Source: Methanobacteriota archaeon (GTDB lineage: Archaea > Halobacteriota > Bog-38 > Methanoflorentales > Methanoflorentaceae). From it: a stretch of 64,000 bases of DNA. The DNA lies in contig OY970393.1 of assembly GCA_963720465.1 (NCBI GenBank), positions 160,001 through 224,000 on the forward strand. The letters are read 5' to 3'. A program made the translations under genes and the position numbers. How positions within the stretch are numbered: position 1 is the stretch's first letter; every line of letters starts with the position of its first letter. The notes below the pieces were generated by a model that saw nothing but the letters and a program-made list of their open reading frames with translations, searched no databases and was not told the origin of the DNA. Below are positions 1 through 10,261 of this stretch, piece by piece.

Positions 1-87
1 CATATTGCAAAACTCGGAAGCAGTACAAACGGTGATCTCTCCGGCTGTTATCTTGGCGTTTATCCCTTCTATGCTTCTTATGCGCAC
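1..87 (-). CDS. N-terminal fragment (runs off window) of a DUF39-family protein, possibly methanogenesis marker 16 / ComF-like
   Basis: GTG at 87 (alternative GTG at 102) reads MRIRSIEGINAKITAGEITVCTASEFCNM, which resembles the DUF39 N-terminus (RTIxEINxKIxxGxAxVxTAxE). It lies directly downstream of hdrA and near com genes. Confidence 0.55.
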   Translation of the reverse strand, partial: MRIRSIEGINAKITAGEITVCTASEFCNM

Positions 88-121
88 GTTTGATTGTGGC
101 ACTAAATTTTATGGCTTCGGC

Positions 122-2461
122 TTAAGGCGCTGCGAGCTCTTCTTTCATCTCTCCAGTTTCTTTGATCTTGCCATCAAACTGCATGAGACGCTTGTGCAAG
201 CCCACAAAGTGCGGGATGTAAACGCGGTAAATCTTTAGTCGCGCGGGATCAATCCCACGCTGTACTACTTTCTTGCTCAAATCGTTGAGCCGCGTTTCGA
301 CACTTTCGAAGTTTTCACCGCAACTCTCGGCTTCGAACCCTTGTCCGATAAAAACGCCATCAGCGCCCAATTGGAACGCCAGGTCTATGTGTTGAGGCGC
401 GAGTCTCAACACTGATGGCACACTTATGATCCGAATAGAAGGGGGGTAGCGGAGCCGTGCTGCGCCAATATTGTCAGCTGCTGCGTACCCAATTCTTGTG
501 TCTAGGAACGCTATGTTCCTTATCTCTTTTTCGCGCTTACCTGCAAGGACCCCGCGTATGGAAGCTTCAAGTTGGGCTTCTGTACACCCGTGCAAATCAA
601 GGGCTGCAGTAGGGCAAACGTGTACACACGCGCCGCCACCGGTGCAGAGCATCGGATCGACCGTCGCTCTGCGATCAACCATCTTTATGGCATTGTTCTT
701 GCACTGCCGTACACACATACCGCAGCCATTGCAGCTATCCTTAACGAAGGCTGAAAGCGGTTCTATTGATACGTAGTCCTGACCAACAAGCGATAGCGCT
801 TCGAGAGCGGCTGCATCGGCTTGTAAAACGCTATAGGTGATATCTTTGGGACCTTGGGCGGTGCCGCATACATAGATCCCTTTAATGTTTGTACTAGCGC
901 CTTCAAGTTTTGGGTGTTTTTCCCTCACGAAAAAGTCATCACCTAGTTCGATACCGAGTGTCTCTCCAACTTGAACCGTCCCCTGAGAGGGCTTAATACC
1001 CGTCGAAAGGACCACCAAGTCCGCATCGAGTTCGAGGCACTGTCCACGCAACGTATCTTCAGCGCTTACGTACAATTTGCCCCCTTTACGCTTCACGTCA
1101 CTCGCACGTCCGCGGATAAATTTTACACCTTTCTCTTGCACGTGCCTATAGTAGTTTTCATAGATTCCCGGGGCTCGAATGTCTGTATAAAGCACTGTTA
1201 TGTCAGTTCCCGGAAAATAGTCAGTGATGTAGTTAGCGTGTTTAAGGGCGACCATACAACAAACGGAAGAGCAATACGGCAATCCGTGCGGCTTTTCGTC
1301 CCTCGACCCGACGCATTGTATCATCACTATTCGCTTTGGCGTTTTGCCGTCTGAAGGTCTTAAGAGTTCACCGTTTGTGGGCCCATTTACGCCAATTATC
1401 CGAGCGAGCTCTAACTGGGTAACAACGTCTTTAAAACGACCATAGCCATATTCAGGCCGCAAACTTGGATCGAACTCATCATGGCCCGTTGCTACGACGA
1501 TCGCGCCGACTTCTATTTTCCTAAGAGAAGGCTTGGCTTCGAGCTCAATTGCGTCGGACTTGCAGGCCTTGATGCATTTACCACATTTGACGCAGTGCTC
1601 TGCATCTATCGTATACCTATCAGGTACGGCCTGTGGAAAAGGTTTATAGATGGCTTTTCTTTTTCGTGTGTTGGCGTTCCACCAATCTGGCACTTCGATT
1701 GGACAAACAGTCGCACACTCCCCGCAGCTTGTACATCGTTCACTAACGCTTTGTGGTTTGATTTTGACGTCGACGTTGAAGTGACCAGCAGTTCCGTTTA
1801 TGTTGGCAATTTCAGCGTCAGTTAGGAGCTCGATTTCGTGGTTCTCGTAAACATCGTTCATTAACGGGCTGAGTGAGCACATCGCACACTCTTCCACCAT
1901 CTTGTGTGGTGAAAATACTTTTCCGATTCTTACCGTGTTGCCTCCAATAGAGGGCTCCTTTTCAACCAGATACGTTTTTACGCCATTTTGTGCCAAGGCG
2001 AGCGCTGCGGTGATTCCTGCGATGCCACCGCCTACAACGAGAGTGGCGTTGGTAACGTCAACACGAAACTCAGAAAGGGATTCCGCGTGCTCGAGCCGTT
2101 GTAGAGAAGCATTGATAAGGTCGCGCGCTTTCTTGGTAGCGCTCTTTCTGTCATCGGTGACCCACGAACATTGTTCCCTAATATTTGTGATCTCAAGAAG
2201 ATACGGATTAAGGCCTGCATCGCGCATACAGCCCCTGAAGGTCTGACCGTGATTGTTAGGCGAACAAGAAGCGATCACAACGCCATCGAGGTTGTGTTTG
2301 CGAATGGATTTCTTGATCTTCTGCTGGCCTTGTAGCGAACAGAGGTGTTGATCAGAGTCTACAACGTTGGTGCGTTTGAAATCCTTGTCTAACCTATCAA
2401 TATCGATTGAGTTTGAGATGTTTCCATCGCATCGACATAAGAAGACTCCGAATTTCGACAC
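122..2461 (-). CDS. hdrA: Heterodisulfide reductase subunit A with C-terminal MvhD-like fusion
   Basis: GVFLCRCDGNI, ASCSP, NIREQCSW, GGGIAG FAD motif, CVGSRD, YCSxVCC, several CxxCxxC motifs, then an MvhD-like tail (GYAAADNIG..RLRYP..AFQLGADGV). Likely start is GTG 2461 next to the hdrB stop; the ORF track starts at 2485. Confidence 0.95.
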   Translation of the reverse strand: MSKFGVFLCRCDGNISNSIDIDRLDKDFKRTNVVDSDQHLCSLQGQQKIKKSIRKHNLDGVVIASCSPNNHGQTFRGCMRDAGLNPYLLEITNIREQCSWVTDDRKSATKKARDLINASLQRLEHAESLSEFRVDVTNATLVVGGGIAGITAALALAQNGVKTYLVEKEPSIGGNTVRIGKVFSPHKMVEECAMCSLSPLMNDVYENHEIELLTDAEIANINGTAGHFNVDVKIKPQSVSERCTSCGECATVCPIEVPDWWNANTRKRKAIYKPFPQAVPDRYTIDAEHCVKCGKCIKACKSDAIELEAKPSLRKIEVGAIVVATGHDEFDPSLRPEYGYGRFKDVVTQLELARIIGVNGPTNGELLRPSDGKTPKRIVMIQCVGSRDEKPHGLPYCSSVCCMVALKHANYITDYFPGTDITVLYTDIRAPGIYENYYRHVQEKGVKFIRGRASDVKRKGGKLYVSAEDTLRGQCLELDADLVVLSTGIKPSQGTVQVGETLGIELGDDFFVREKHPKLEGASTNIKGIYVCGTAQGPKDITYSVLQADAAALEALSLVGQDYVSIEPLSAFVKDSCNGCGMCVRQCKNNAIKMVDRRATVDPMLCTGGGACVHVCPTAALDLHGCTEAQLEASIRGVLAGKREKEIRNIAFLDTRIGYAAADNIGAARLRYPPSIRIISVPSVLRLAPQHIDLAFQLGADGVFIGQGFEAESCGENFESVETRLNDLSKKVVQRGIDPARLKIYRVYIPHFVGLHKRLMQFDGKIKETGEMKEELAAP

Positions 2462-2462
2462 T

Positions 2463-3341
2463 TCAAACGGCCTCCATCTTTTCAATAAGTGGAGCTACAT
2501 CGATCGTCGAAAATTGAAGGCATGCGTCTCTTGATTTATCGGCTCCGAGTAACAATGCTACGAGTTGTGATACGTTTAACACAGGTACAAGGCGATTGAA
2601 TCGTTCTTCGAACTGGCGCTGAAATCTATCGAGAATTAATTGGCAGCCAGCACACATCGTCACGATAAGGTCGGGCTCTTCAGCAAGTACGCTCTCGAGC
2701 TTTCTAAAGCTTGTTGATTCTGTGTACTCGTCTACGTCGATAAGGTGCGAAAAACCGAGACCACAGCACGAAGATCGTTCAGAATAATCAACGAGTGTCG
2801 CTGAGAAAGCCGCACATATTTCATCCAGCAAGGTAGGATACTCCCACAACCCGCCAGTCACCTCGTCGTAAAATACTTTTGTATAATGGCACCCGTGATG
2901 CGTTGCTATGTTAACCTTAGAGAGAGAGAATTTCGCGCGCTCCGCGAGGATTTCTTTCAGACTATAAAGCACCTCAGCAGCGTGATAGACCGTTACGCCT
3001 CCTTTGTACTCGTAGTTCACTGCTTTCAAAACGTCGTTTATCGCTGCCCGCGTCTTGTTGTCGTTAAGTTCACCAATACACTCCTTTAGATTCGCGTATG
3101 ACGTGGGGCACGTGCAGACGACATTGGTGTACCCGGAATTGTATGCAAGCGCAAGATTTCTGGCATTAAGACTGAGATTGGCCTCAGGAGGAACCGCACC
3201 GCAGTGCCCCGCAAATCCGGTGCACGACGATTGGTTCGGATCATCGAAGTAGTCAACGTTCAAAGAATTCAGTATGAATCTGAACGATCGTTCTATGCCT
3301 GGGTAGAAAGTCCCTGCGACACAACTCTTGAAGAGGTACAA
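2463..3341 (-). CDS. hdrB: Heterodisulfide reductase subunit B
   Basis: Two CCG-type domains (SC..SSCTG..CPTS; HHGCH..CCG..CAGC). The true start may be further upstream (ACG at 3392). Confidence 0.92.
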   Translation of the reverse strand: MYLFKSCVAGTFYPGIERSFRFILNSLNVDYFDDPNQSSCTGFAGHCGAVPPEANLSLNARNLALAYNSGYTNVVCTCPTSYANLKECIGELNDNKTRAAINDVLKAVNYEYKGGVTVYHAAEVLYSLKEILAERAKFSLSKVNIATHHGCHYTKVFYDEVTGGLWEYPTLLDEICAAFSATLVDYSERSSCCGLGFSHLIDVDEYTESTSFRKLESVLAEEPDLIVTMCAGCQLILDRFQRQFEERFNRLVPVLNVSQLVALLLGADKSRDACLQFSTIDVAPLIEKMEAV

Positions 3342-3381
3342 GCGTTGAGGCAGCTTGGTGGAAGACGTTAAGACTAGCGGA

Positions 3382-3918
3382 TTAGTGGTCGTTTAAAAGC
3401 CCCCCTTTGTTGCAGGTTAATTTCAAAATGGTCCTAATCTCTTTGAGAGCTTTAGCTGGGACAGGTACGTCTCGAGAGTTTCGGGGAGGCAGTCCCAGCT
3501 CAACTCTCAGCGTTGTGATCTTATTATGGTCGACAAGTTTGCTCAACAAGCCAAGGTCGTGGTCGAACAATTCAGGTGAAACGGTCACGCCATTACTTTC
3601 TAAAGATTGAAACAGCAAAGAAGCTTTTTTGTAGATCTCATCCGGTGCGTATCCCTCTTTGAACGCTTTGTTTCTCGCGTTGAGTATTATGGACGCCGGA
3701 GTGTTATTTCGAGGACACCGAGAATTGCAGGTGTAACACTGACCGCAAAGCCAGATAAGCGGGTCTTTCGCAAGCTCCTCTGCTGAGCACTCTTGCGCAC
3801 GCCTAACGATCTCACGAGGGCTGTAGTCCTCGAATACTTTTGCAGCTGGGCATCCTGCTGTACATCGCCCACATTGTAGGCACTTAATCAGATTTTCCTT
3901 TTTTGTACAAAAACTCAA
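3382..3918 (-). CDS. hdrC: Heterodisulfide reductase subunit C
   Basis: CLQCGRCTAGCP and WLCGQCYTCNSRCPR 2x[4Fe-4S] motifs; first gene of hdrCBA. The 5' end may be frameshifted. Confidence 0.9.
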   Translation of the reverse strand: MSFCTKKENLIKCLQCGRCTAGCPAAKVFEDYSPREIVRRAQECSAEELAKDPLIWLCGQCYTCNSRCPRNNTPASIILNARNKAFKEGYAPDEIYKKASLLFQSLESNGVTVSPELFDHDLGLLSKLVDHNKITTLRVELGLPPRNSRDVPVPAKALKEIRTILKLTCNKGGLLNDH

Positions 3919-3974
3919 AAGTGGGTGATTCAGGACTGAAAACTTCTTTTTCTGATTCTTTTTCTCGATTCACG

Positions 3975-4124
3975 ACAATCAAACTATTTTTTATGAATAA
4001 TTCTATATATAATTATGCAAAAATAGAAAAAGATTGCCTATATGTATCAAATGACAGCCATTTTTTTGTACAATGCTACAACAACGAGGTAAACTTAAAT
4101 AAAAACAGAAGCTAAAATGTATTT
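3975..4124. promoter_or_regulatory. Divergent AT-rich promoter region (hdrCBA / cysteate synthase)
   Basis: AT-rich intergenic region between divergent operons with TATA-like TATATATAAT at about 4004-4013. Confidence 0.4.
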
Positions 4125-5417
4125 GTGGACATAAATAGCTCGGCGCCGAAACATTATAAAATTATCTGCTTGGGCTGTCACGCTGACATTTCTGGCGCGG
4201 GTTACGCCTTGCGTTGCGATTGCGATCACGCGCTTTTGCGCACGGTTTACCAGGACCATCGATTGGCAGTTACTGCGGAAGAAAGTATGTGGCGGTTTTC
4301 TGCGTGGCTGCCAACCGTAGGCAAATTGCCAACTTGCGGCCGGTCCGTTACGTACAAGAGCGAGGCGTTTGCGCGAGAGCTTGGACTGAGCGACCTATTC
4401 ATCAGTTTCAACGGATACTGGCCTGAAAACAACGCGTTCTTGGAGACGTGCAGCTTTAAAGAGCTTGAGTCGCCACCGACCGTGCAACGGGCTGTCGAGA
4501 ACAGGGTAAAAACACTGGTCGTCTCTTCGGTCGGCAACACAGCACGCGCTTTCGCGCACACAGTGTCCACGACTACTACCGATCTTAAGCTGGTTCTCGT
4601 CGGGTTGGAAAGCGCCATAGGAAAGTTGTGGCTCCCTGAGCCGCCTTCTGAGAGTATTACCCTAGTCGTGCTTCAGCGGGGAAATGATTATTCAGACGCT
4701 ATTGCGCTGGGTGACAGGCTCGCAGCATTACCGGGACTGACACAAGAAGGGGGAGCTATGAACGTCGCACGGCGTGACGGTATGGGCACGGTAATGCTTG
4801 AAGCTGCCGTTACCATCGGAAGAGCACCAGATCATTATTTTCAAGCAGTTGGCAGTGGAACGGGTGGAATTGCCGCCTGGGAGGCCTCGTTGCGTCTTAA
4901 ACAGGACGGCAGGTTTTTGAACGGCCCGCTTCCGAAATTGCATTTGTCCCAGAACTTGCCGTTTGCACCGATGGTCAATGCCTGGAACGCGAATAGAAGG
5001 ACTATCGAACCATCGATCGACATGCCCGACGCCAAGAAATCTATCGAAAAAATTCACGCGGATGTCTTATCGAACAGAAATCCCGCATATTCGGTCAAAG
5101 GCGGGGTGTTTGACGCTCTGAAGAGCACGAAAGGCCAGATGTATGCCGTGTCAAACGTTGAGGCGCGCCGCGCCGCACGTCTCTTTGAAGAGCTTGAAGG
5201 CGTAGACATTGTACCAGCAGCAGCAGTTGCTGCAGCGTCGCTGATGCAAGCGGTTGCACGCGGAGGCATGAATGATTCTGATGTGGTGCTTCTTAACGTG
5301 ACTGGGGGCGGCGTGCAAAATCTAGAAGAGGATAGAGACTGCTACCAGATTAAGTCCGACATTCGCTTGGCAACCCCAGAGGCGGACCTTGGCGAATTGC
5401 AAGAAGCGCTGATGTAG
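4125..5417 (+). CDS. Cysteate synthase (PLP-dependent, threonine synthase family; coenzyme M biosynthesis)
   Basis: FNGYWPE, TCSFKELES PLP-Lys motif, SSVGNTARAF, NVARRDGMGTV, YFQAVGSGTGGIAAWEA, VLSNRNP; adjacent to comDE. Confidence 0.93.
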   Translation: MDINSSAPKHYKIICLGCHADISGAGYALRCDCDHALLRTVYQDHRLAVTAEESMWRFSAWLPTVGKLPTCGRSVTYKSEAFARELGLSDLFISFNGYWPENNAFLETCSFKELESPPTVQRAVENRVKTLVVSSVGNTARAFAHTVSTTTTDLKLVLVGLESAIGKLWLPEPPSESITLVVLQRGNDYSDAIALGDRLAALPGLTQEGGAMNVARRDGMGTVMLEAAVTIGRAPDHYFQAVGSGTGGIAAWEASLRLKQDGRFLNGPLPKLHLSQNLPFAPMVNAWNANRRTIEPSIDMPDAKKSIEKIHADVLSNRNPAYSVKGGVFDALKSTKGQMYAVSNVEARRAARLFEELEGVDIVPAAAVAAASLMQAVARGGMNDSDVVLLNVTGGGVQNLEEDRDCYQIKSDIRLATPEADLGELQEALM

Positions 5418-5427
5418 AGGGACGACG

Positions 5428-6579
5428 ATGACTCCGGAAGAAGAAACCGTCAAGCTCTTCGAGCAAAACGACATTGACCTTGTAGCCACGCTGCCGTGCG
5501 ACAGGTTGAAGAACTTACTGCCTCTCGTAAGCAAGCGCTTTTTTGAGGTTCCGCTTACGAGGGAGGAAGATGGCATCGGAATCTGTGCCGGCGCGTTTCT
5601 CGCAGGAGCCAAACCGCTGATGCTGATTCAAAGCACCGGCATCGGCAACTTGCTGAACGCCTTATCGTCGCTCAATTTTACGTATGAACTTCCATTGCCG
5701 ATTGTAGCTAGCTGGCGCGGAGTCTATCAGGAAGGTATTCCCGCCCAGGTGTATTGGGGGACTCACATTGAGGCAGTGTTACACGCATTAGACGTCGCAA
5801 CTTATGAGGTTCACACTAGTGACGACCTGCCGGTTGTGGGTCAGGCTATACAGCAGTCGTTTCGCACAAACTTGCCGGTGGTCGTGCTCATCTCTCCCGA
5901 GTTGTGGCAGTGCACGCTCCCAGACGCATTTTTGCAACTGGGAGATGACAAACAAGACTTCTTGGAAAAGCAGAGGGATAAAAGATCAACAGCGGCTTTG
6001 TCGTTGGCAGCTCGGGCTGAGTGTCCTGCAATGACCCGCTATCAAGCGATCGAAGCGGCCGTTCCTTACCTCCGAGGGCGGACAGTGGTCTGCAATTTAG
6101 GTGTGCCGTGCAAGGAGCTGTATGCTCTGTGCGATCAACCGAGCAACTTTTATATGCTCGGAAGTATGGGTTTAGCTTCTTCGATCGGACTTGGCATTTC
6201 TCTTTATAGCAAAGGCGAAGTTGTTGTGCTCGACGGAGATGGAAGCCTCTTGATGAATCCGAATGCTATGTGCAGTATCGCTCAAGAGGCACGAGACAAT
6301 TTAACTGTTGTGGCTCTTGACAACGGCACGTATGGCTCTACCGGAGATCAGTGTACTGCAAGTCAAAAGCTTGACTTGGAGTTTCTGGCGCGAGGTTTTG
6401 GGATCGAACACACAACTAAAGTATACACTGCAGAGGATGTGCTCACAGCATTGCAGCTCCAGACAGGTCCTAAGCTAATTCACGTCGTAATAAAGCCAGG
6501 GAATGCCAACGTTCCGGATTTACCCTGTTCGGCGGCTGAGATCAAAGGGCGTTTTATGGCACATTTGCGCGGTGGGTAG
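5428..6579 (+). CDS. comDE: Sulfopyruvate decarboxylase, fused alpha/beta
   Basis: LPCD..TREEDGIGICAGA (ComD) fused to NFYMLGSMG..LDGDGSLLMN..DNGTYGSTGDQ (TPP-binding ComE). Confidence 0.93.
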   Translation: MTPEEETVKLFEQNDIDLVATLPCDRLKNLLPLVSKRFFEVPLTREEDGIGICAGAFLAGAKPLMLIQSTGIGNLLNALSSLNFTYELPLPIVASWRGVYQEGIPAQVYWGTHIEAVLHALDVATYEVHTSDDLPVVGQAIQQSFRTNLPVVVLISPELWQCTLPDAFLQLGDDKQDFLEKQRDKRSTAALSLAARAECPAMTRYQAIEAAVPYLRGRTVVCNLGVPCKELYALCDQPSNFYMLGSMGLASSIGLGISLYSKGEVVVLDGDGSLLMNPNAMCSIAQEARDNLTVVALDNGTYGSTGDQCTASQKLDLEFLARGFGIEHTTKVYTAEDVLTALQLQTGPKLIHVVIKPGNANVPDLPCSAAEIKGRFMAHLRGG

Positions 6580-7044
6580 TCGAAAAGGCTCCTGTCTCGG
6601 AGCGCTCATCTATTCTTTGATGGCTGTTCGGCGCCGTTCGGCAGTCGGTGCCTGCTGAGAGGCTAAAAAATCCCTATTAGCTGCGATACTAAGAATATGG
6701 AGACAGTTTTTCGCAAACACTGTTGCCATGAAATCTAGCATCTTATGCTGCCACTCCACTATATCAGTACGGGACCATAAATCACAAAAGCGATAAAAGC
6801 ATCTCGAACGCGGTTCCCGGCCAAGGTGTGCACCGCTGGTTTCCTTTTTTTGTTCCGTAACCCCTTGAACTTATTATCTTTTTCGATTTAGAGTGCTTAG
6901 TGGACTTGAATCTCTAAACGACGCAAACCACGATGGACTGACGGCCGCAAAACACCTCTCACGCGGCCGATACGTTTAAGCTGCATTGAAACTGTCTTAC
7001 GTATTTGTTTTAGTTGTCGGGAAGATGAGAAAACGGGTATAGGG

Positions 7045-7281
7045 TTGACCGTAGCAGGTTTGGCACTAACGTTGGTATATTTCGTAGTCGTCGGTTTTAT
7101 CGCCCTGATCTGCCTGATTATTTTTTGGCCGTTAGGGATAATTGTAGGTGTATGCTGGCTAGCGGCGAATTTCGTCAGTCTGATGGTCGCCTTCACCTAC
7201 TGTCTGTGTAGATTTCGAGCACAGAAATCGCAAGTTTCTCTGCATCGTGTGCGCACATCACTTGCTGCAACACTTCAATAA
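7045..7281 (+). CDS. Small hydrophobic hypothetical protein
   Basis: Two to three hydrophobic stretches; no family recognised. Confidence 0.3.
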   Translation: MTVAGLALTLVYFVVVGFIALICLIIFWPLGIIVGVCWLAANFVSLMVAFTYCLCRFRAQKSQVSLHRVRTSLAATLQ

Positions 7282-7892
7282 TCTGGCGCAGGGTTGGCTC
7301 TCCATCACTTTGCGCGTCTGGGCGCCTACGCGGCTGAGTTAGAACGACATCATAAATGTGCGAGGGTCTGGGCAAGCTGTTCTTTTAGCTCGAGCGCAAA
7401 CGTTCGTAAATACGACCCTTCAAGCCGTTCGGCTCTGCCTAGACAGTAGCTGCATGCTGCGCCGTGAATGACCACGTACCGTAGTTTAGCGTCTAGCCTA
7501 GCCCGTTCAACGCTTTCTAGTAGTTCTTCCAGCGGTATTGTGTGAATGTAGGCAGCAAAGAGATTGTAGATAGCCTGTTTCTTGTCGGCTGTATAGGTCG
7601 GGGGATGGATTGCTTGCACACAGATGAATTTGCTCGATCCGTTATAATGCAGCTGCAAGAACGTGCCGAAAGTGAAAGGAAAAAAGAGGCGCTTCTCTGC
7701 GCGGCAGCAGCTCAAAACTCTACTTGAACTGCTAATTTAGAAACCGGCAAATCCCATCGAAACATAAAATATGACCAAGACGGGGGCTTCTGCAACTTGT
7801 GCCGCATGTCTTTCTTGTTTTGCTGAAAGTCGTAGAGTTTGTTGTGGTGCACGATCAAAATGAACATTTATCTCGTGACGTAATGCGAGACT

Positions 7893-9365
7893 TTAGAGTC
7901 TTGAAAAAGGTGTTTCTGGAGAAGGAAACACACCCGATGCCAGGGCGTAAAGCAAGAGTTTATTCTTTTCCCTGAAACGCTTTGTTATCTCGTCTCGACC
8001 AAAACCAAGTTCCGACAACAAGCATACCTCCAAAATCAAATCGAGGCGCCTCACAACAATTGAGAGTTCGAGGCCGCGTGTGACTTTGTGTTTTGGTCTT
8101 TTGGGATCATAGTGCGTGTAATAGTTCCGACCATCCACCACTTTCTTGCTAAACGAAACGGGAGGCTCAAAGCATATAGCCCAAGCAATGTCATCGAAGT
8201 AGTTCATAATTTCCAAAATTCTTCGTAAGAGTGTCATATCTCTTCGCCTCTTATTCCATTGCTTATCATATGGCTGGGCGGAGATTTTGTTAACGACGCT
8301 CAGCAGCTGAGTACTTGCCGCACCGCTGAGCTTATATTTGTTAGCAAAGCGCATGTGGTAAGTTTCTAAGCCTTGAACTAGGCTCAAAAATGAGTGAATG
8401 TTATAGACGCACGGGTTGTGTCTGATGCCGAAATACAAATCAAGAACTGGCTCTAGTAGATCAGCTTTCTCAAACCAATTGCTAAGGGTTTCCTCAAAGT
8501 GGTCACTAATGTCGGGCAGAGTGAAAAGCATCGTGTGGGGCCAAATGTCAGGGACATTACTGGCGAAATGGGGAAGCTGATAGAAAATCTCAATCTTGTT
8601 GAAGGGATCTGTTGCTGACTGCGCTTCAATCGTTATCGGAAAAACCTGTTCGCGAACGGCGAGACTCAGAAAATTGCGTAAGCTGTACAAGACCTCTTCG
8701 TGTGTCGTTAAAAGCACAGGGTCAGGCGTCTCGATGATAACCCGATAAAATTGGGTGATACAGGCTTTTTTGTTTGCCTCGCGATTATTTGGGCGTAGCA
8801 GGAAGGGCCTGATGGACATTTGAAAGCTTTTCGCTGCTTTGAACTGGCGAATTTTAGCATCGAATGTTTTCGGAGATTTGAATCTCACAACACAGTCGTA
8901 ACCATCATCACCACCATACGCGTCAGAAAGATCAATACCGGAGATCGACGCCCATTCATCAAGATGTGTGTAGCTAATCTCTAGCCTGCTGAACTTGATG
9001 TCAGCTTTTGGATAAATGTGGTCGCCGTAGAGTATTGTCTTAGTATGGAAAACAAGTTCTACCGTCATTTCATCGCTTGTAATCTCTTGTGGCCACCCAT
9101 GGCAAAAGCTATCAACCAAGGTTATATACCCGTAGGGAGACTTTCCCAAAATAATCTCTTGTTGGCGTTTGTTCGAGATAACGTGGTTAAATAGCTTTTT
9201 GATATGCTTCTTAAGGCCCGTTACTTGTAAGAAACCGCCGCTTGACGGGGCATATTTTAGCGTACCGCAAAAATCGTCATCCGAGCATCCCGGAAAAGAC
9301 CATGTGCCTTGTACAGCGAATTCCTTAATCATGGTGATGTTGTCACTGCATTTGCGCTTTGTCAA
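7893..9365 (-). CDS. ApeA-like HEPN-domain protein (putative antiviral RNase)
   Basis: ApeA-type N-terminus (GTW..P...GTLKY..GGFL), FLSLVQGLETYH, and C-terminal HEPN RxxxxH motif (RNYYTH). Confidence 0.8.
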   Translation of the reverse strand: MTKRKCSDNITMIKEFAVQGTWSFPGCSDDDFCGTLKYAPSSGGFLQVTGLKKHIKKLFNHVISNKRQQEIILGKSPYGYITLVDSFCHGWPQEITSDEMTVELVFHTKTILYGDHIYPKADIKFSRLEISYTHLDEWASISGIDLSDAYGGDDGYDCVVRFKSPKTFDAKIRQFKAAKSFQMSIRPFLLRPNNREANKKACITQFYRVIIETPDPVLLTTHEEVLYSLRNFLSLAVREQVFPITIEAQSATDPFNKIEIFYQLPHFASNVPDIWPHTMLFTLPDISDHFEETLSNWFEKADLLEPVLDLYFGIRHNPCVYNIHSFLSLVQGLETYHMRFANKYKLSGAASTQLLSVVNKISAQPYDKQWNKRRRDMTLLRRILEIMNYFDDIAWAICFEPPVSFSKKVVDGRNYYTHYDPKRPKHKVTRGLELSIVVRRLDLILEVCLLSELGFGRDEITKRFREKNKLLLYALASGVFPSPETPFSRL

Positions 9366-9518
9366 TGGTGCTGTTAACCAACTCTATCAACTTTTCGAAA
9401 TGATCATACTTGTTAGGGCAGGCAGAGCGCGAAAAAGTAGTGATGTGGCCTAAAAAATGACTAGTTATCGAAGAGTGCATTACCACAATATCATATCAGA
9501 CATCCGTTCGTGCTTTTT

Positions 9519-10261
9519 CTAACGCAATCTAACTACTCTTTTGTGAAAACTAGCAGGGTCAGTATTGTAACGGAACTCAGGCCTCGTCAGTCTTTCTGCC
9601 GCTAACTTAACAGCTTCGCAAGATTTGTCTAATGATAAGCGTGCATTACGATCTCTGCATCCACCCAAATAGAAAAACGCTTTATCTCCCTCGACCATTA
9701 ATACCAGACAATGCCATATCGAGACCTCGCCTCGTACAAGCGCTTTGAAACGCACCTTACCACAAAATGGCCTGAGTTTCAGGGAAAAATCACATTGTCG
9801 TGCAGGGTTTGAAACACTTCGAGCGCGACTGGGACTACGACATCTGCGCGACGCGTTGGCCGTTGGATGACCTGCATATCTACTAGAAGAATCGGGTTTG
9901 TCAGCGCTTCGACTTCATAGTTTATTGCTTGTGCTTGGTCCTCTTCCGCCGAAACTAGTTTGTTCGTCGCATTGAGCTGATTGTCCTGTGCCGACAGCAT
10001 TTTCTTTTGTTCGACGACTAGTTCGTTTGTTGCCGTAACGTAATTGTTAGTAACGAGAACCAAAACGGCAGTTGCGAACACTAATGCAAAAGCGGGAATT
10101 ACGGAAACAAAGGCAGGTAGAACAAAACCCACAATTACAGTTACGATACCAACAATCACAATTACGACAGCGACATACGCTATCGTAGTGGCCAGCGACC
10201 TAGAACTTATATGGCCATTGTTAGAATCTGGTTTCTCGCTTCGAAACGTGTTTTTCTCCAT
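9519..10261 (-). pseudogene. Membrane-anchored hypothetical protein, apparently frameshifted near 9785
   Basis: ORF 9779-10261 has two TM segments followed by a coiled segment. An alternative frame (LKLRPFCGKVRFKAL...) opens at the T5/C3 run and continues to 9519. Confidence 0.45.

Noticed and set aside
6728-6796. MKSSILCCHSTISVRDHK as a fifth copy of the int(N)-like family
   Set aside because: Only HSTISV resembles HSKISL/HTISV; the diagnostic YPxIRLP motif is absent.
7350-7727. Overlapping opposite-strand ORFs (121 aa minus, 61 aa plus)
   Set aside because: No motifs; cannot tell which, if either, is real.
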